A stretch of 64,000 bases of DNA from Lytechinus pictus (Eukaryota). The translations under genes and the position numbers were made by a program. Positions within the stretch are counted from its first letter, which is position 1; each line of letters begins with the position of its first letter. The stretch spans positions 12,278,001-12,342,000 of the forward strand of contig NC_087252.1 in NCBI RefSeq assembly GCF_037042905.1, in the 5' to 3' direction. Shown piece after piece: positions 11,628 to 24,499 of the stretch. The notes under the pieces are model-generated. The model saw only the letters and a list, made by a program, of their open reading frames with translations. It was not told the origin of the DNA and made no database searches.

Positions 11628-14600
11628 AAGACCCGTTCTAAATGTATTATATTACCAGAATACAACCTATTCTTTTCAAACTACTTATGTCATTAAAAGT
11701 TATTTCATTACTATAAATATTACATTTAGATGATTAGAACATTAACAGATGTGTACTGGTAGTTCAATCAACAATCAATATGTATCAAGTTGACACATTT
11801 ATTAAAATTAATTCAATTTTTAAAATGTGTAGTTTCGATGAAGTAACTACTTGTTATAAAACTTGGCCTACATATTTCTGCTCAATCTGCCCTTGTGATA
11901 CTCAAACAGCCTGCGAAACCTGCATGGTAAACAAAAAGAGAAAAGAACAAAATGAGCTGCTGATATAAATTATTTTTACTCTTCTAGTCCAGTTTATTAA
12001 GAAGTTTTAAACTTTTTATTATTCTTCCATGCAATATTCTTTAGATAATGCACACGTAGAATTTTTTTCTACTATAGCCAGATAAAAATCATAAATCAGT
12101 ATTTATAGATCATTCTTCATAGAACTTTTTATGACTAAATGTGCAAACTCATTAAAATTTATATCATAAGACTACTCTCAATATGTTGTCCTTTTTTATT
12201 TGTCTACAGAGTAACTGACTTTTAAAGTGATTTATGTATGACTAATATAGATAAAAGATATGGACAATAAGTATGCATTGATGATAATGGAAATACTGGT
12301 GAATCTGAATCTACATAAATATGAACTCTCAATTTAGCTTTACTATATGGGATAACACAATTCAGAAAAAAAAGTTGCTATAGCCCCCACCCCCCCCCCC
12401 CCCCAGGAAATAGGGGCCTTTTTAAAACAAAAACAAGCATACCTTGCAAGTTTTCAGTTCAGATATCCTGTTCCGTTCCTCATCAGATTGTAACTCTTTG
12501 TGATAAGCAAATGGTAGTTGACTTTGTACATCTGACTGGGCAGGGACTGCTAAGAACTTGATCCCATTGGATCTGCAATTTAAAATACACACAATACTTT
12601 ACAGTTTAGAATTTTAGAAGTGATAAACAAAATTCCTCTCTAATTTTTTTTTCTTCAAAATTTCCAGCTAGTCATATCCTAAGCCTATGAATATTCCCAA
12701 CTAGAAAAAAAGCTGGTCTGGACCCAAAGCTTCTTTCTCTCTATATCATGTTCTAAACTGAAATAGGCATACCTGGCTGTTTCCACTGACCATCTTCATT
12801 GTTAACAAGAGTCCGTAAATGGTTCAAGTATAGGTGGCCTACTATAGCAAAGCCTTTTGTCAATCTTCAAGATAATGTATATACACCAAGCCAGCTTTGA
12901 CAGATGTAGGATAATTATTATTTGTATGGTAGTTTGGCTCTCGCTCATTCACCAGTGCGAGACAATTATTTATTTTCTTGCACTATAGTATAGACATGTG
13001 AATCTCTACGTCTAGGTGATTTCCTCTTTGTTTGATTTTGGTTTAAAAAAATAAAAATAAAAAAAAGGTTAGCTTGCTCGCAAGTTTAAACGACCCTTTA
13101 CCTTTAACCATAGGGTAAATAATGTCAAGTGAGGACAATAAAAATAAATTGGATCAGCCCCTTTCTCTGCTTATTCTGATAAAATTAAAAATGGGGCACT
13201 TTAAATTTCCTCAACCCTTCCCAAAAAAAAGAAATGTTGGCCCAAACAAAATAAGAATCATTTAACTCCGTTATATTAGGCTAATCATAATTTGAGTCCA
13301 ACGGTCCAGGCAGGGACTAGACTAATAAAGGGGTGAATCTTCGTAGAAAAAGTCAAATCAGACAGATCTAGAATTTCATTTTCAGAAATCTAGATCTAAG
13401 TTAGACCTATCCCAGGGCCTTACTTACTTTTAGGTTTTTTTTGTAAAAAAAAGACCAATGTAACAAAAATGTTTAAATCTATCTCAAATCATTATTTCCA
13501 TGTCATGACCATGGCAGTATCTACCGATATCATTCCGAATAAAATACATTTTAGGGGCCGAGCCCTAAGTTAGGCCTTACTTAGTTAGAAGGTGAAATAG
13601 CGGTGTAAAAAAATCAGTAGGCCCAGGCCTAACTTTAAACTTCAAAGTTCAACTCTAGCTTGTTTGACACCAAGTCCCAACACCTACAACGGCAATTTCG
13701 CAGCCGGCTGGCACCGGCGGTACCGAATGCTGTATCCCGCTCTGACTATTTGGCTTAGATTTGATGCAGCTTTGCTGTTACTGAACAAGTCCACATCTAC
13801 CCCTGATAGTGATATTTGACAATAGAACTGAAATACAGATTTAATAAGGATGCACATGAAGCATTCCAATTAACCAACTTAGCTCTACGAAAAACTGCAT
13901 TATTTTTTGAGAAAATATGTCAGTCAGATCTCAGATTTACTTGAAAAAGAAATGGAAATATGGAAATTAGTTTACGTAAGGCCCTGACTGCGACGCCGAA
14001 CCCCAGCAAACACATTACAATTACAACTGAGATCAAAGCACGAAATTGAACTTAACTTACTTTTATTTGTATGGAATACCATTACTTTGATGTCGATGTT
14101 CCCTCAAAGATTTTCTGCTCAACTGAATTTCACTCAGAAATCATGATTCCTGACACTAATTCTATAAACAGATAATTAGTCTTGCTATTCTATTTTTAAA
14201 AGTTTAATTTCGCAGAGTCCAAAAGAACGACACTTCGCACAGATATCGTAGGGAATTGTGGGACGGAAAAAATTGTTTAATGCATGAGTACATGAATAAA
14301 ACATTAGCGTCTTATCCAATCATATAAGTGCATTATGCGTATTTTTACGTCATTACTCATGAATTAAACATTGACCTTCCAAAATCAACCTTCAAATTGG
14401 CCAAATGGCAGCCATGTTTGTTATGAACAAAACCTATGGAAAATAAAAAACGCGCGAAAAGAGTTCCCTCTCTACTTACGTATACGTAAGATCGTATTTC
14501 TGTGATACAGCCACATGCATGCGCCACACGCGTGTGGTTATATCCAATACTAGGCGCCGCTGAGGATACCGCTACACGCGTCACTTGCACTTATACCTGT

Positions 14601-16912
14601 ATACTCTGCAGCGGCGGTAATCGCAAGCGCGTAACACAAGCGATGTGTATTTTGGTATTTCTTGCGACGGTACATGTTGCAAAACTTCATCACAAAGGTT
14701 TTATCTCTCGATTTCTTTGACATACAAACAATTCTCACTTAAGTTAACTGTCACCTGCTTGCCGATAAGGTGAGAATGAAGTGAAAATATTATTTGTAGG
14801 CCTAGAATCACATCAGTGAAATCGGGAGATAAAACCTTCATGATGAATCTTTGAGAAAGTTACATTTTCTTGATAATTAGGTCAATCAATGACCTAGCTA
14901 CATGTCCAGTTTCATTAACACCTCGCTTAAATTTAATTCTATATTCTAACAGATTCGGTTACCTGGAACACATCGCTCCAATGCCAAGATGTGGCAGTGC
15001 TTTCTTGCACGCAGTTCGGTGGTTAGTGATTTTGACGTAAAACGTAAAATTTATTTTGAATGATTGATGCCGCAGTAAGGGAGTAAATCTTAATTCCAAC
15101 ATGATAAATTTGTTTGGTTGAGTCAGACAATTAACTCAGTGCTAAGTTCCAAAACTCCCATTTGTTATTGCTATTAACCCTTTTATTGAAAGGCAAATTT
15201 GAACAGATTTTCTCAGTTCTGCACATTGGTAACACTGGCATTTTCTTTCTTTGCTACACACATTCAACAAAATTTAAATTCTCTAAAATTCATTTACAAA
15301 CAAATTAACAGTCTATAGTATTATGTTCGCCAATTCATATGTTAAACTTTATTTATTAATGTGTGACTAACGAAATACAAATGTAGTATGACTGCTTACT
15401 GAAAACACCGTGTTCTAATACATTTTCCAATTTTATAGTTAGATCTGTAATGATTATTGAAGTTCTTCGTCCAGTTAAACCCAAGATGCTAAACTTAATT
15501 GAACATCCTATCTATATTAATTGAAAGAGAAGTCTGCTACGAGTCAGATGTTTAAATATATTTCATAAAAAATGCTTGGCTCTCAGTGTAAATAGGCAGT
15601 CTAGCTGTACATACCTGTCACCCCCCCCCCCCCCCACACCTTGATAAAGAAGAATGACTCCTACCCCCTGTGCTGCCACGGGTAATTGCTGCTAGTAAGT
15701 TAAATACGTCTTTAAAAGGCGTCTATGTTAACTTCATTCATATATATGTTAACATAGCAATTAACAATGCATTCATCACGTGCCCGAGGGCGCCAAATTC
15801 AAGTTGCTTGCCTTCCATACACAACTACGCCACGTACGACTGTACGCTTTCCATTAGGAATGTACACGAATGTACATGTGCAGGCATATACACGTATACG
15901 GCGTGTTCATTTGAACTACTTCATTCGGCCTACATAACTTTGACACATTAATTTCATTACTTAAGAACCATATTTCAGCATGCCACTCGGCTTATCTCAT
16001 AACATAACTAATAAACTTTAAGATAAACAAATAACACTCACGTCATTGGGCTCGTATCACCAAATTAAAGAAATTAAGCAACAACTATGGGCAAGCGACA
16101 CGCTTCCCATGATGAGACATAACAACAATGCGCCCTCAATCGGTAAATTCAAATCTAATAAAAATCGATTTACAAGATGAAACAAAAAAAGTATCACAAC
16201 AAATTGAGAAATTACAAAAACTTCATCCGGTACGCGACATCGATTTTGTGACAAAATTAATATAAACTGAAATGAAAACATGTTAATATTTTACTTGCCC
16301 CTTTCACTTATTTTCATATTTTTATTGTGTTTTTTTCTTGGTCGTAAAGTTGTTGTTGTTTTGTGCGTGTGTGTGGTTTTTTTTTTGGGGGGGAGGGGGC
16401 ATTTCTAATTTCATATGTACGTCAGTGGACAATTGACTTTGTTAAACCAATCAGGTACATAACAGTATGAGTTGAAGCAAGAGGATGTACTCTTTATATA
16501 TATTTACAACTGAAGGGAAAAGAGAAAAAAAATGAAAATATTTTAGATATCTTGCGATTATGAAGCTAATCTATATTTTTTTTATTCAGGTTCATTTATT
16601 ATACATCTCTGAATACACAAAAATACAATACTATAAATACAATGCTTATACAACAGAAAAGGTATTGACAAGCACATATATAGTATAAATAATCGTAAAA
16701 CAGATTATAAGGAACAATGATCACCGCGGTATGGCGGGTGTAAGGAAATTACAGAAAGCCATAGGCCTATTAAACGAGAAAGGAACTTACACAATTTACA
16801 AACAAGAACAAACACAAAACACATAAAAGGCAATCGAGACAAATAAGTTCCTAATTAGCCGCGAGGACGGGGGAGGGGTAAAGGAGGCAGACACATAAAG
16901 GTTTATTCAATG

Positions 16913-17546
16913 TATATATATAAATATATATATAAATGTGTGAAGTTATACATGTACAACAGCTTTGGCAACTCTTTTATTTAAAAGCTGGGGGCCCGGG
17001 TTCAATTCCCGGCAGAGACATTTTTTCGGCATCACCAATTTTTCCAAAGGGTAGATAGCTCTGGGGAACCTTAATTTAAGCTACGCCTACCATTGTTCTC
17101 TTCATCCATTTCTTTCACAAAATATTTAAATAAAAGAGTTGCCAAAGCTGTTGTACATGTATAACTTCACACATTTGTATACTTTCTCCCATACGTGTAC
17201 TGTATCAAAGCAATAGCTTTGATCCAGCTGAGGCATGGCGGCTTGTCATTGTTCAAGACCCACCTTCACCCGACAAAGGAAATTATAATTGGTATAGTGT
17301 CGAAAATCTGTCTATCTGACGGTCAATCGGATCGGGGTCGCCCTAGCCACTAACCCGTCTCTGTGGTCTAGTGGTTAAGGCACCGGCGTTCAAAGCTGGG
17401 GGCCCGGGTTCGATTCCCGGCAGAGGCATTTTTTCGGCATCACCAATTTTTCCAAAGGGTAGATAGCTCTGGGGAACCTTAATTTAAGCTACGCCTACCA
17501 TTGTTCTCTTCATCCATTTCTTTCACAAAATATATATATATATATA
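16913..17546 (+). mobile_element. Non-autonomous Penelope-like element in (TA)n: inverted 5' segment, partial unit, then full ~410-bp unit
   Basis: 16933-16984 is the reverse complement of 17125-17176. 16983-17124 directly repeats about 17392-17533. (TA)n lies on both sides. Partial tandem plus inverted head is the known Penelope-like (PLE) insertion pattern. Confidence 0.55.
17357..17428 (+). tRNA. tRNA or tRNA-like cloverleaf with anticodon TCA (opal-suppressor-like; Glu-like body), repeat-borne
   Basis: Acceptor stem GTCTCTG/CAGAGGC, D stem GTCT/AGGC, anticodon stem CCGGC/GCTGG with loop GTTCAAA (TCA at 17390-17392), 4-nt variable loop, T arm CCGGG-TTCGATT-CCCGG, discriminator A, then a T6 Pol III terminator. 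Confidence 0.7.
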
Positions 17547-17794
17547 AGAGGTCATTATGACTTATATACATATATACTTTCCCCGAAAAAGGTCTGTCTT
17601 TTCTTGGGTGTCTCAAAAGTTTTTTCCAAAGGGTAGATAGCTCTGGGGAACCTTAATTTAAGCTACGCCTACCATTGTTCTCTTCATCCATTTCTTTCAC
17701 AAAATATATATATATATATAAGAGGTCATTATGACTTATATACATATATACTTTCCCCGAAAAAGGTCTGTCTTTTCTTGGGTGTCTCAAAAGT
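17447..17794. repeat. Exact 174-bp tandem duplication (3' end of the tRNA-bearing element plus flank)
   Basis: TCCAAAGGGTAGATAG starts at 17451 and at 17625, with identical downstream sequence. Confidence 0.85.
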
Positions 17795-18874
17795 TTTTTT
17801 TCGCCCTGTCATATTGGGAATTTTCCCTCGTCCCTAACCTTATAGACATTTAGTCTGCTTCGGCATATAGCTATTTTAGAAAGCTGTGCTCCTCATTAAT
17901 TTTACGATTTTACTAAACCAAATATGATTATACATTTCCCAATTTTTTCACCACATATCTAAATCAAATGAGTTGCCAAATGTGTTATGCACTTATGATT
18001 TCTCGCATTTATATTTCACCTAATTTATTCATGATTTTTAAAAGAAATCACGAATCGCCGATGAATAAATATCTTATTCCGTGACCAATTGACCATGATG
18101 GATTTTGTATTTTCAAGCCTCTGCAAACATACATAGTTTACAGAGCTTCTTAACAAATAAAAAAACGTTCTTATTTGTTGTTCTGTGGTTTTCCGGCGTT
18201 GGCAAACTATTTATGGTATTTTTTCTATTAATATAGGTCTGGGTCTTTCTCCTATATTTTATTACTTCATGACACATCAAGTTTCGTGTCGATGAGCATG
18301 CATTGGCCAGGGAAGTGGGGATAATGGGAGTGAAGCACCCTCCAAAATTTCCTTGGGAATGCTGCGTGTATTATTCTCCATAGGCAGCACCCCCAGGTAT
18401 TCTGGAAAAATTGTAACAGTAACTGTAATTGTAAAGAAAAGTGTAAATCAAATGGGCTTCATTTTGAAGTGAAACCCTTTGTCGTGCCAGTCAAATTTTT
18501 CGCGATCAATTATTTGATCTCCATTGTTTAGTGAAAACATTTTGGGGGGGTTTTACAAATTTACATCAGCACTCACTCCCATTCAAAAAAATCGTTGCCA
18601 GGACCTTGTGAGCATGACAGGTTTAAATTTCACTTTGCACATATTTGTTTTATATTTATTTACGATACAAAAGCAATTGCTGTGCATTTTTTATCTGTCA
18701 GATATCGTGTTTAATTGGTCGTAAATTTCCATTTATGACGAATTTTCTACTTATTGGTTCAAAATTAAAACAGAGGCTCAAACCATTATATTTATGTTTA
18801 AATCTTAAAGTAATACATGTGGTGATTTGGACATCCATCCCGGCAAATGTTTTTGTCTCCATGTATGGTATATG

Positions 18875-18878
<4 letters not shown>

Positions 18879-18962
<84 letters not shown>

Positions 18963-18985
18963 AGGGTGTATGTGTGTGTGTATAT
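18879..18985. repeat. (TA)n(TG)n microsatellite
   Basis: Directly visible. Confidence 0.95.
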
Positions 18986-19944
18986 ACAATCGCGTAATAC
19001 CGTTGGTGGTGTAAAGGCGGAAATCTGTCATAGGCCTGTTGACAGACGTTGGGAAACCAACTTGTTTAAATCGCGTTTAATGGTACATAGATAAACTATG
19101 GCGATGACGATGCGCTTCAAATGAGACCAAAAATAAATATCCGCTTTATTCCTGCAAAAAAATAAGACCTAAAATATTGTCACACGATACCCCGCGGTCC
19201 ATGCAAAGGTAAAAATAGCCATTAAACTTGGTTTTTACTTCTGGAAACCAATTTCTCCAATTGAGACCATCTTGTTTATATTTTGGAAAAATATCCTACA
19301 TGTCATTTATTTCCCTATATGATCTAACTAATATATTGATTCATTTGAGTAGTATATATAGGGACAACAGTCATATAATTTTACTTTCCTATAATATCTA
19401 CAATTATTTAACTGTGTAGGCAATAACAAAGTTTTGAGGACGCATCATCGCAACACTACCAAATATTCGGTAATTATTGTATTTTTGTTTACATCCAACA
19501 CTTAAAAATACTAACATCAAGTTGATATTTGTATATATTAGTGTCAAATGTTCATATCTTTAACGACTTACACTTGAGTTCCTAACTAAAGACGATTACA
19601 TTTTGCAGTGCAATACATCCTTACTACTGATACTGATATGAAGAAGAAGGTTCACAAATGTCGCTTTTTAAAGTGAATGTTTAGAATTTTTTTCTCAGTA
19701 TAGTTTGGTTATTATTTTTATTTTTTACAGAGAGAATATTTAGGGTATATACATGCATATATCAAAATTGTACAGCTTGTACATATGCAGCTGACGGCAA
19801 GAACGTTACCATAAAAACATTACAAAAACGATGCCTGAAACAATCCCCAAATTAGGTTTTAAACAACCTTGTCTTTAACACCCATTAACAGTTGATAGCC
19901 TAGATTCGATTTTCTGAAATCCATGTTGTTACTGTCATCCTTCG

Positions 19945-20408
19945 CATTGCAGGTTGATAACATTGGCCATGGCATTCAGGTATATCGGGACGAAAAAATG
20001 GAATTCCGTCACATATGATATTAAAAACAGCACAACACTCTCACGATTTAAGTCACTATCAAAGTCACTTTTGTTCAATTATTTAAACAACTCCAATCCC
20101 TCTTTAATTGCAATTGTATTTTATCATCATTTTTTTATTTTGTCTTATCTACTATTCTATTCTATCTTCCGTGTTTTTGCATTGTGTGATGATAATGTGT
20201 GGGTGTGCATGTGTGATTACTTATATTTTTTTTTGCCGGTTATGATATTTGTGTATTTGTAGGGCTCAGTCTATATAAGCAGTTTTGCTTCTTAGGGGTC
20301 CTGACCATTAAGTAACATGTAACCAGATAAATTTTGTATTATTTTGTTGGTATCATGTTATTTCTGTAAATATGATGTTTTTTAATGGTCAATAAATTGA
20401 ATTGAATT
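19945..20408 (+). mobile_element. 5'-truncated CR1/L2/Crack-type LINE 3' end
   Basis: AFRYIGTKKWNSVTYDIKNSTTLSRFKSLSKSLL matches the usual ORF2 C-terminus of this group; the segment ends in AATAAA plus (ATTGA)n. Confidence 0.55.
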
Positions 20409-20621
20409 AAAAATATTTCATAATATATTTCTTTAGAAACTTAAGCTATATCTCTCTCATTAGTTCATTATATGTATTTGTAATTAAAAGAAGGTCTACT
20501 GTATAATTGAATTTTTAAAAGTGTCAAATTCTTTTATAGGAGTATCTATATTTAATTATTTAACTCCTCGTCGAGGTCGCGCTAGTGCATCATATGGAAG
20601 TCGAAACGAGTTTTCCAAAAG

Positions 20622-20942
20622 ATAATAATAATAATAATAATAGGCATTTATATAGCGCCATCTATCTATACATATTCTATTCCGAGGCGCGTTGTTATTA
20701 TTATTATTACCCCGGCTTTAGCTCGAGCTGCCTTTCAGCGCTCATGCATTCAAGGAATTAATTCTGCCGGGTACCCATTCACCTCACCTCACCTCACCTC
20801 ACCTCATTCACTGGGTCGATCGATGAGTGCAGCACAATGTGGATAACTTTCTTGCTGAAGGAAATTACGCCATGGCTGGGATTCGAACCCACGACCCTCT
20901 GTTTCTAAGTCAGAAGACTTATCCACTGGGCCACAACGCTCC
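20622..20942 (-). mobile_element. Full-length tRNA-derived SINE with an L2-type 3' tail
   Basis: Minus-strand head GGAGCGTTGTGGCCCAGTGG (A box)..GGTTCGAATCCC (B box), central body, tail GCGCTATATAAATGCC(TAT)n. Confidence 0.85.
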
Positions 20943-21457
20943 ACATGATGTCTATCAAGTTCGTTAAAAACCACGTAGGCAACACGTGGCCACAATCAAG
21001 AAGCTTTTATTACTCCTTGATCGTTTCCATGACATTCTCTACAGTGACAATTGCTCCGATGGAAAATATGCATGATAGGCCAAACGTAAAACCTAACCTC
21101 CAAAGCTAAATGACCCTTATCCATATCTTTACATTATTCTGACCCACAAAACTCTATAACAATCGTAACTCTAACCCTATGCCCTCTGAGATATTAAGAT
21201 CGGAGCAGGTGTCGCAGGAGTATATGTCGTGTCATCTTTTCGTCACCAGAGTAAAAATAAATGCACAGCACGCTTTAGAAATGTATAATATTATTTACAT
21301 ATTTCTTTATTCAAATGCACAATAAGTATCAAATCAAAATTACATTACCGAAATGTGATAAATTTGAATCTATATTTATTTGACATTATCGATATACTGG
21401 TTCCAAATTTTGCGTAATCAGTGTGATCAGTCATTGAAACACTTCCAAATTTGTCTA

Positions 21458-21760
21458 CACTGTTAGAAAAACAGAATATTTTACAGAAGAAAAATTTAAA
21501 ACAGATTTTACAGAAAGAAGTAAACCAAATCATTCTGTAAATTGTTAATACAGGAAAGATTTTATACAATTTTTGTATAATTTTGCAGAACAGGTCTGTT
21601 TTAAAAAGGGGGAAAACACTTTTATTACAATAAATGTGAAAGGTTACATACACCAAATATCTATATCTGTAAGTATACACAAATGTATGTAATATTACAC
21701 AGTGCAGGAAGATTACAGGTGTTCTCGAGACTCTGCTGCAGAAATTTGTACAATCTTGTA
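21458..21760. mobile_element. CACTG-terminal MITE with one end degraded; same family as 51063-51364
   Basis: Starts CACTGTTAGAAAA; its internal sequence is the reverse complement of the 51063 copy; absent at the equivalent site downstream of paralog D (about 49254). Confidence 0.6.
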
Positions 21761-23393
21761 CAATTTCCATAAAATACACAATTGTACACATACTCGAAAT
21801 CTGCTTGATGGTGAAGAGAGTGCGCCTTACTTGTAATGCAAAATAAAAATAAAAATATCATTTAAAAAGATGATATCATTACTATTCATGACAGTAAAGA
21901 ATGAAATCAGATGCCAAGTGTCCAACGCAGTCGAGCATCAGAATAAATCCCGTGTTGATGCGAAATAATTGCTCCACAGATACAAGACGGACGGAAGAAA
22001 TGACCGGCTCGTGCCAAACGATAGTTTTCTGGTTGGTCGTGTGTATAAACAGAAACGTGATTGGGTGGCATCCCTCTCCTTGTCCCATTCCTGCTTTTAA
22101 CTGATGTGGCAAGGCTTGGAGCAATTTGGTCTGGGAGGATACGTCACACAGGAGGGGTGTTTTATTATTGGGAAATATTAATGTAAAGTAGATCCTTTTC
22201 TGTGACCAGGTCTTCTGGATCTCCTTTGGTCGATGCAGAGGGGCTAGCGTTCTCCTTCTGATGGGTTTCCATGACATCATAGTTAAGTGATGCATAGACA
22301 GTACCATCTCGAGATCGAACAGGGGCTGGTCTTGGATAGCGCACGCTGTTATGGGAAATATCAAGGTAAATCAAACCGTCCTTAGCTAATCCCTTGGTAA
22401 CTGGTAACGCCATAGAGGTTTCTTGAATGACGTCCATCTTCATTGCGCCTTTGTCATTTGATTTATTTGCGGTAGTTACAACAGATTTTTCGGTTTCCAT
22501 TTCATCGGCATGATCAGTTTCGGACAACTCCGAAGCACGGGCAATGTCAGAATCTCGATGTCGATCAGTGCGGACTAAGCTGTCTTCATTGGGCATCGCT
22601 GGGCTTGGGATGTTTCCATTTGTCTTGAGGGCGGTCATTGCTTCACGGTCGAGAGATGCGTAAGTTATGCCGCCTGTAAATCTTCTTTGAGTTGGTAATG
22701 GGCGGTCGGTACGGTCGTGTGAGAGATCGATGTAAACTAACCCATCTTCGTTCTTCTTCTGGGAGGTGGATGCTATGTCGGGGGTTGCCGGCTTAAACTC
22801 TTCCTCATCTCCTTCTGCCACATTTTCTACCCTTTGGTCTTCATTGCCCCCTTCAAGTTGAACTGTGGTCTTGTACATGTATGTGTGAGTTATTCGGGGT
22901 CTGGGAATCGCAGGTAAAGCTCTGACGGATAAATTATGTTCTGGTTGACTGATGTTGCTAGACACTTGATTCTCACCTGTTAAGTTTTTTTTTTTATCGA
23001 AAACAATATATGAAAAATTGATTTAAATGATTCTTATTACTTTACTTTGGCATTTAATCTATTGTGCAATTCAAGTAAGGTTTCATCAATATAAAAATGT
23101 CTCTTACGAAATTAAGTATAAATAGCTTCATCTTGTAGTCACGATAGCGGAAGAAGATACAATAGGAAGAAGAAGGTAAAGGATGATAGGAAATAAAACG
23201 GAAGAAAAACATAAAATGATAACATTAATATTTTATGCAGGGCCCGCTGGTAGAGCAGTTTCCTAAATGAAATGGCTACCCTGGGTAAATGATTATTAAC
23301 ATCATTATTATTACGAAAATAAAAAGAACATTTTACAAGAAGCATTAAGTAGGCTTGTGAAAATCATCCAATAACCATTGATAACGAAGAGGC

Positions 23394-23449
<56 letters not shown>

Positions 23450-23450
23450 A
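23394..23450. repeat. (GTA)n microsatellite in the last intron of paralog C; its counterpart in paralog D is at 50797-50947
   Basis: Directly visible. Confidence 0.9.
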
Positions 23451-24499
23451 AGTGGTCGTGGAACTGTTTCAAAGGTGGTTGAGGGGTCAGTTGGTCATGC
23501 TACAAAACACAAAGAGAAGGTAATTCTTCGTTTTTTACGCTATAATTGAAAAAAAAAATGGGAATGAGGCACAGTGATTCCTGTTCCGGGGCTCGTGCAT
23601 GTCGTGAGTCGTTAGTAGAAAAGTTATTTCGAGAGGTTTACAATAAAATTTAACTAGTCAATATGTCTTACCAAAGTCTGTGAATCTCTTGGTCGACTAA
23701 CTATTTCTGTTCTTGGATTATCTGTAAAGGAAATGTTATTATTCAAACACATATCAAATAATCACGCAATACAGGCCCTACATAACATTTGTCATATGCA
23801 TTTATTTTCATGTATTATTTATCTCTCAGTTAATTTTGTACTTGCATGCTGAGAATGGAAGGGGTTGTCTAAAGTATGTCCTGGCAAATCTTTCCATTTG
23901 ATAATAAAGTACAATGTCTCTCTAATTATCTGAGCTGTTTATTTAAAAATTATGGTGTAAACATTACCTGAATACAGTTTATTTATTATTTTGTTCTCTA
24001 AAATTGTGTAATCATTACAATTTGCCTAACGTCACCTTGTGCAGCACTCAAGAGAGGGAAAATGAGAATGGGAGAGGTAACATAAAAACGTAGATATAAC
24101 AGAGAGCGTCGAGTATAATGGCAAAAATAATAGATCAGAATTTAAGGACGGATTGAGATGAAATTTCCACTGACATGTTAAAAAATTTTCAGGGTCAAAA
24201 TAAAGAAGCAAAAAAAAAAAAAAAGGAAACAACAAAAACATGCTCTTCGCAACATGTCCCCAAAACTCACCGGTCTTTTTGATAAAGAAACAACGTCTTA
24301 CAGAGAACAGCAGCCCCAATGAGAGTAGCAGGATGACAATAGAAGCTGCTATCACACACCAGATGATGCCCAAGAAATATGAAAATTTAGAATCTGCCGT
24401 CTCTGCATTAAGGCGTCAAAAAGGAAGAAGTTGATTCATAGTAATAATGATAACAATTGAGGTTATTTTCTATAGCATAACATTCATGTGCATACCTCG

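Noticed and set aside
17357..17428. Selenocysteine tRNA or ordinary tRNA-Glu(TTC)
   Set aside because: It lacks the long variable arm and extended acceptor stem of tRNA-Sec. Stem pairing places TCA, not TTC, at positions 34-36.
18645..19094. 149-aa ORF with IY/CV repeats
   Set aside because: Microsatellite artefact.
21882..22364. Overlapping alternative-frame ORF extending past the tail stop
   Set aside because: The matching frame in paralog D is shorter and ends differently; most likely 3' UTR.
24031..24046. Possible 16-nt microexon after the TM exon (also about 51821-51836)
   Set aside because: Weak GAG acceptor, and inclusion would shift the next exon into a stop codon.
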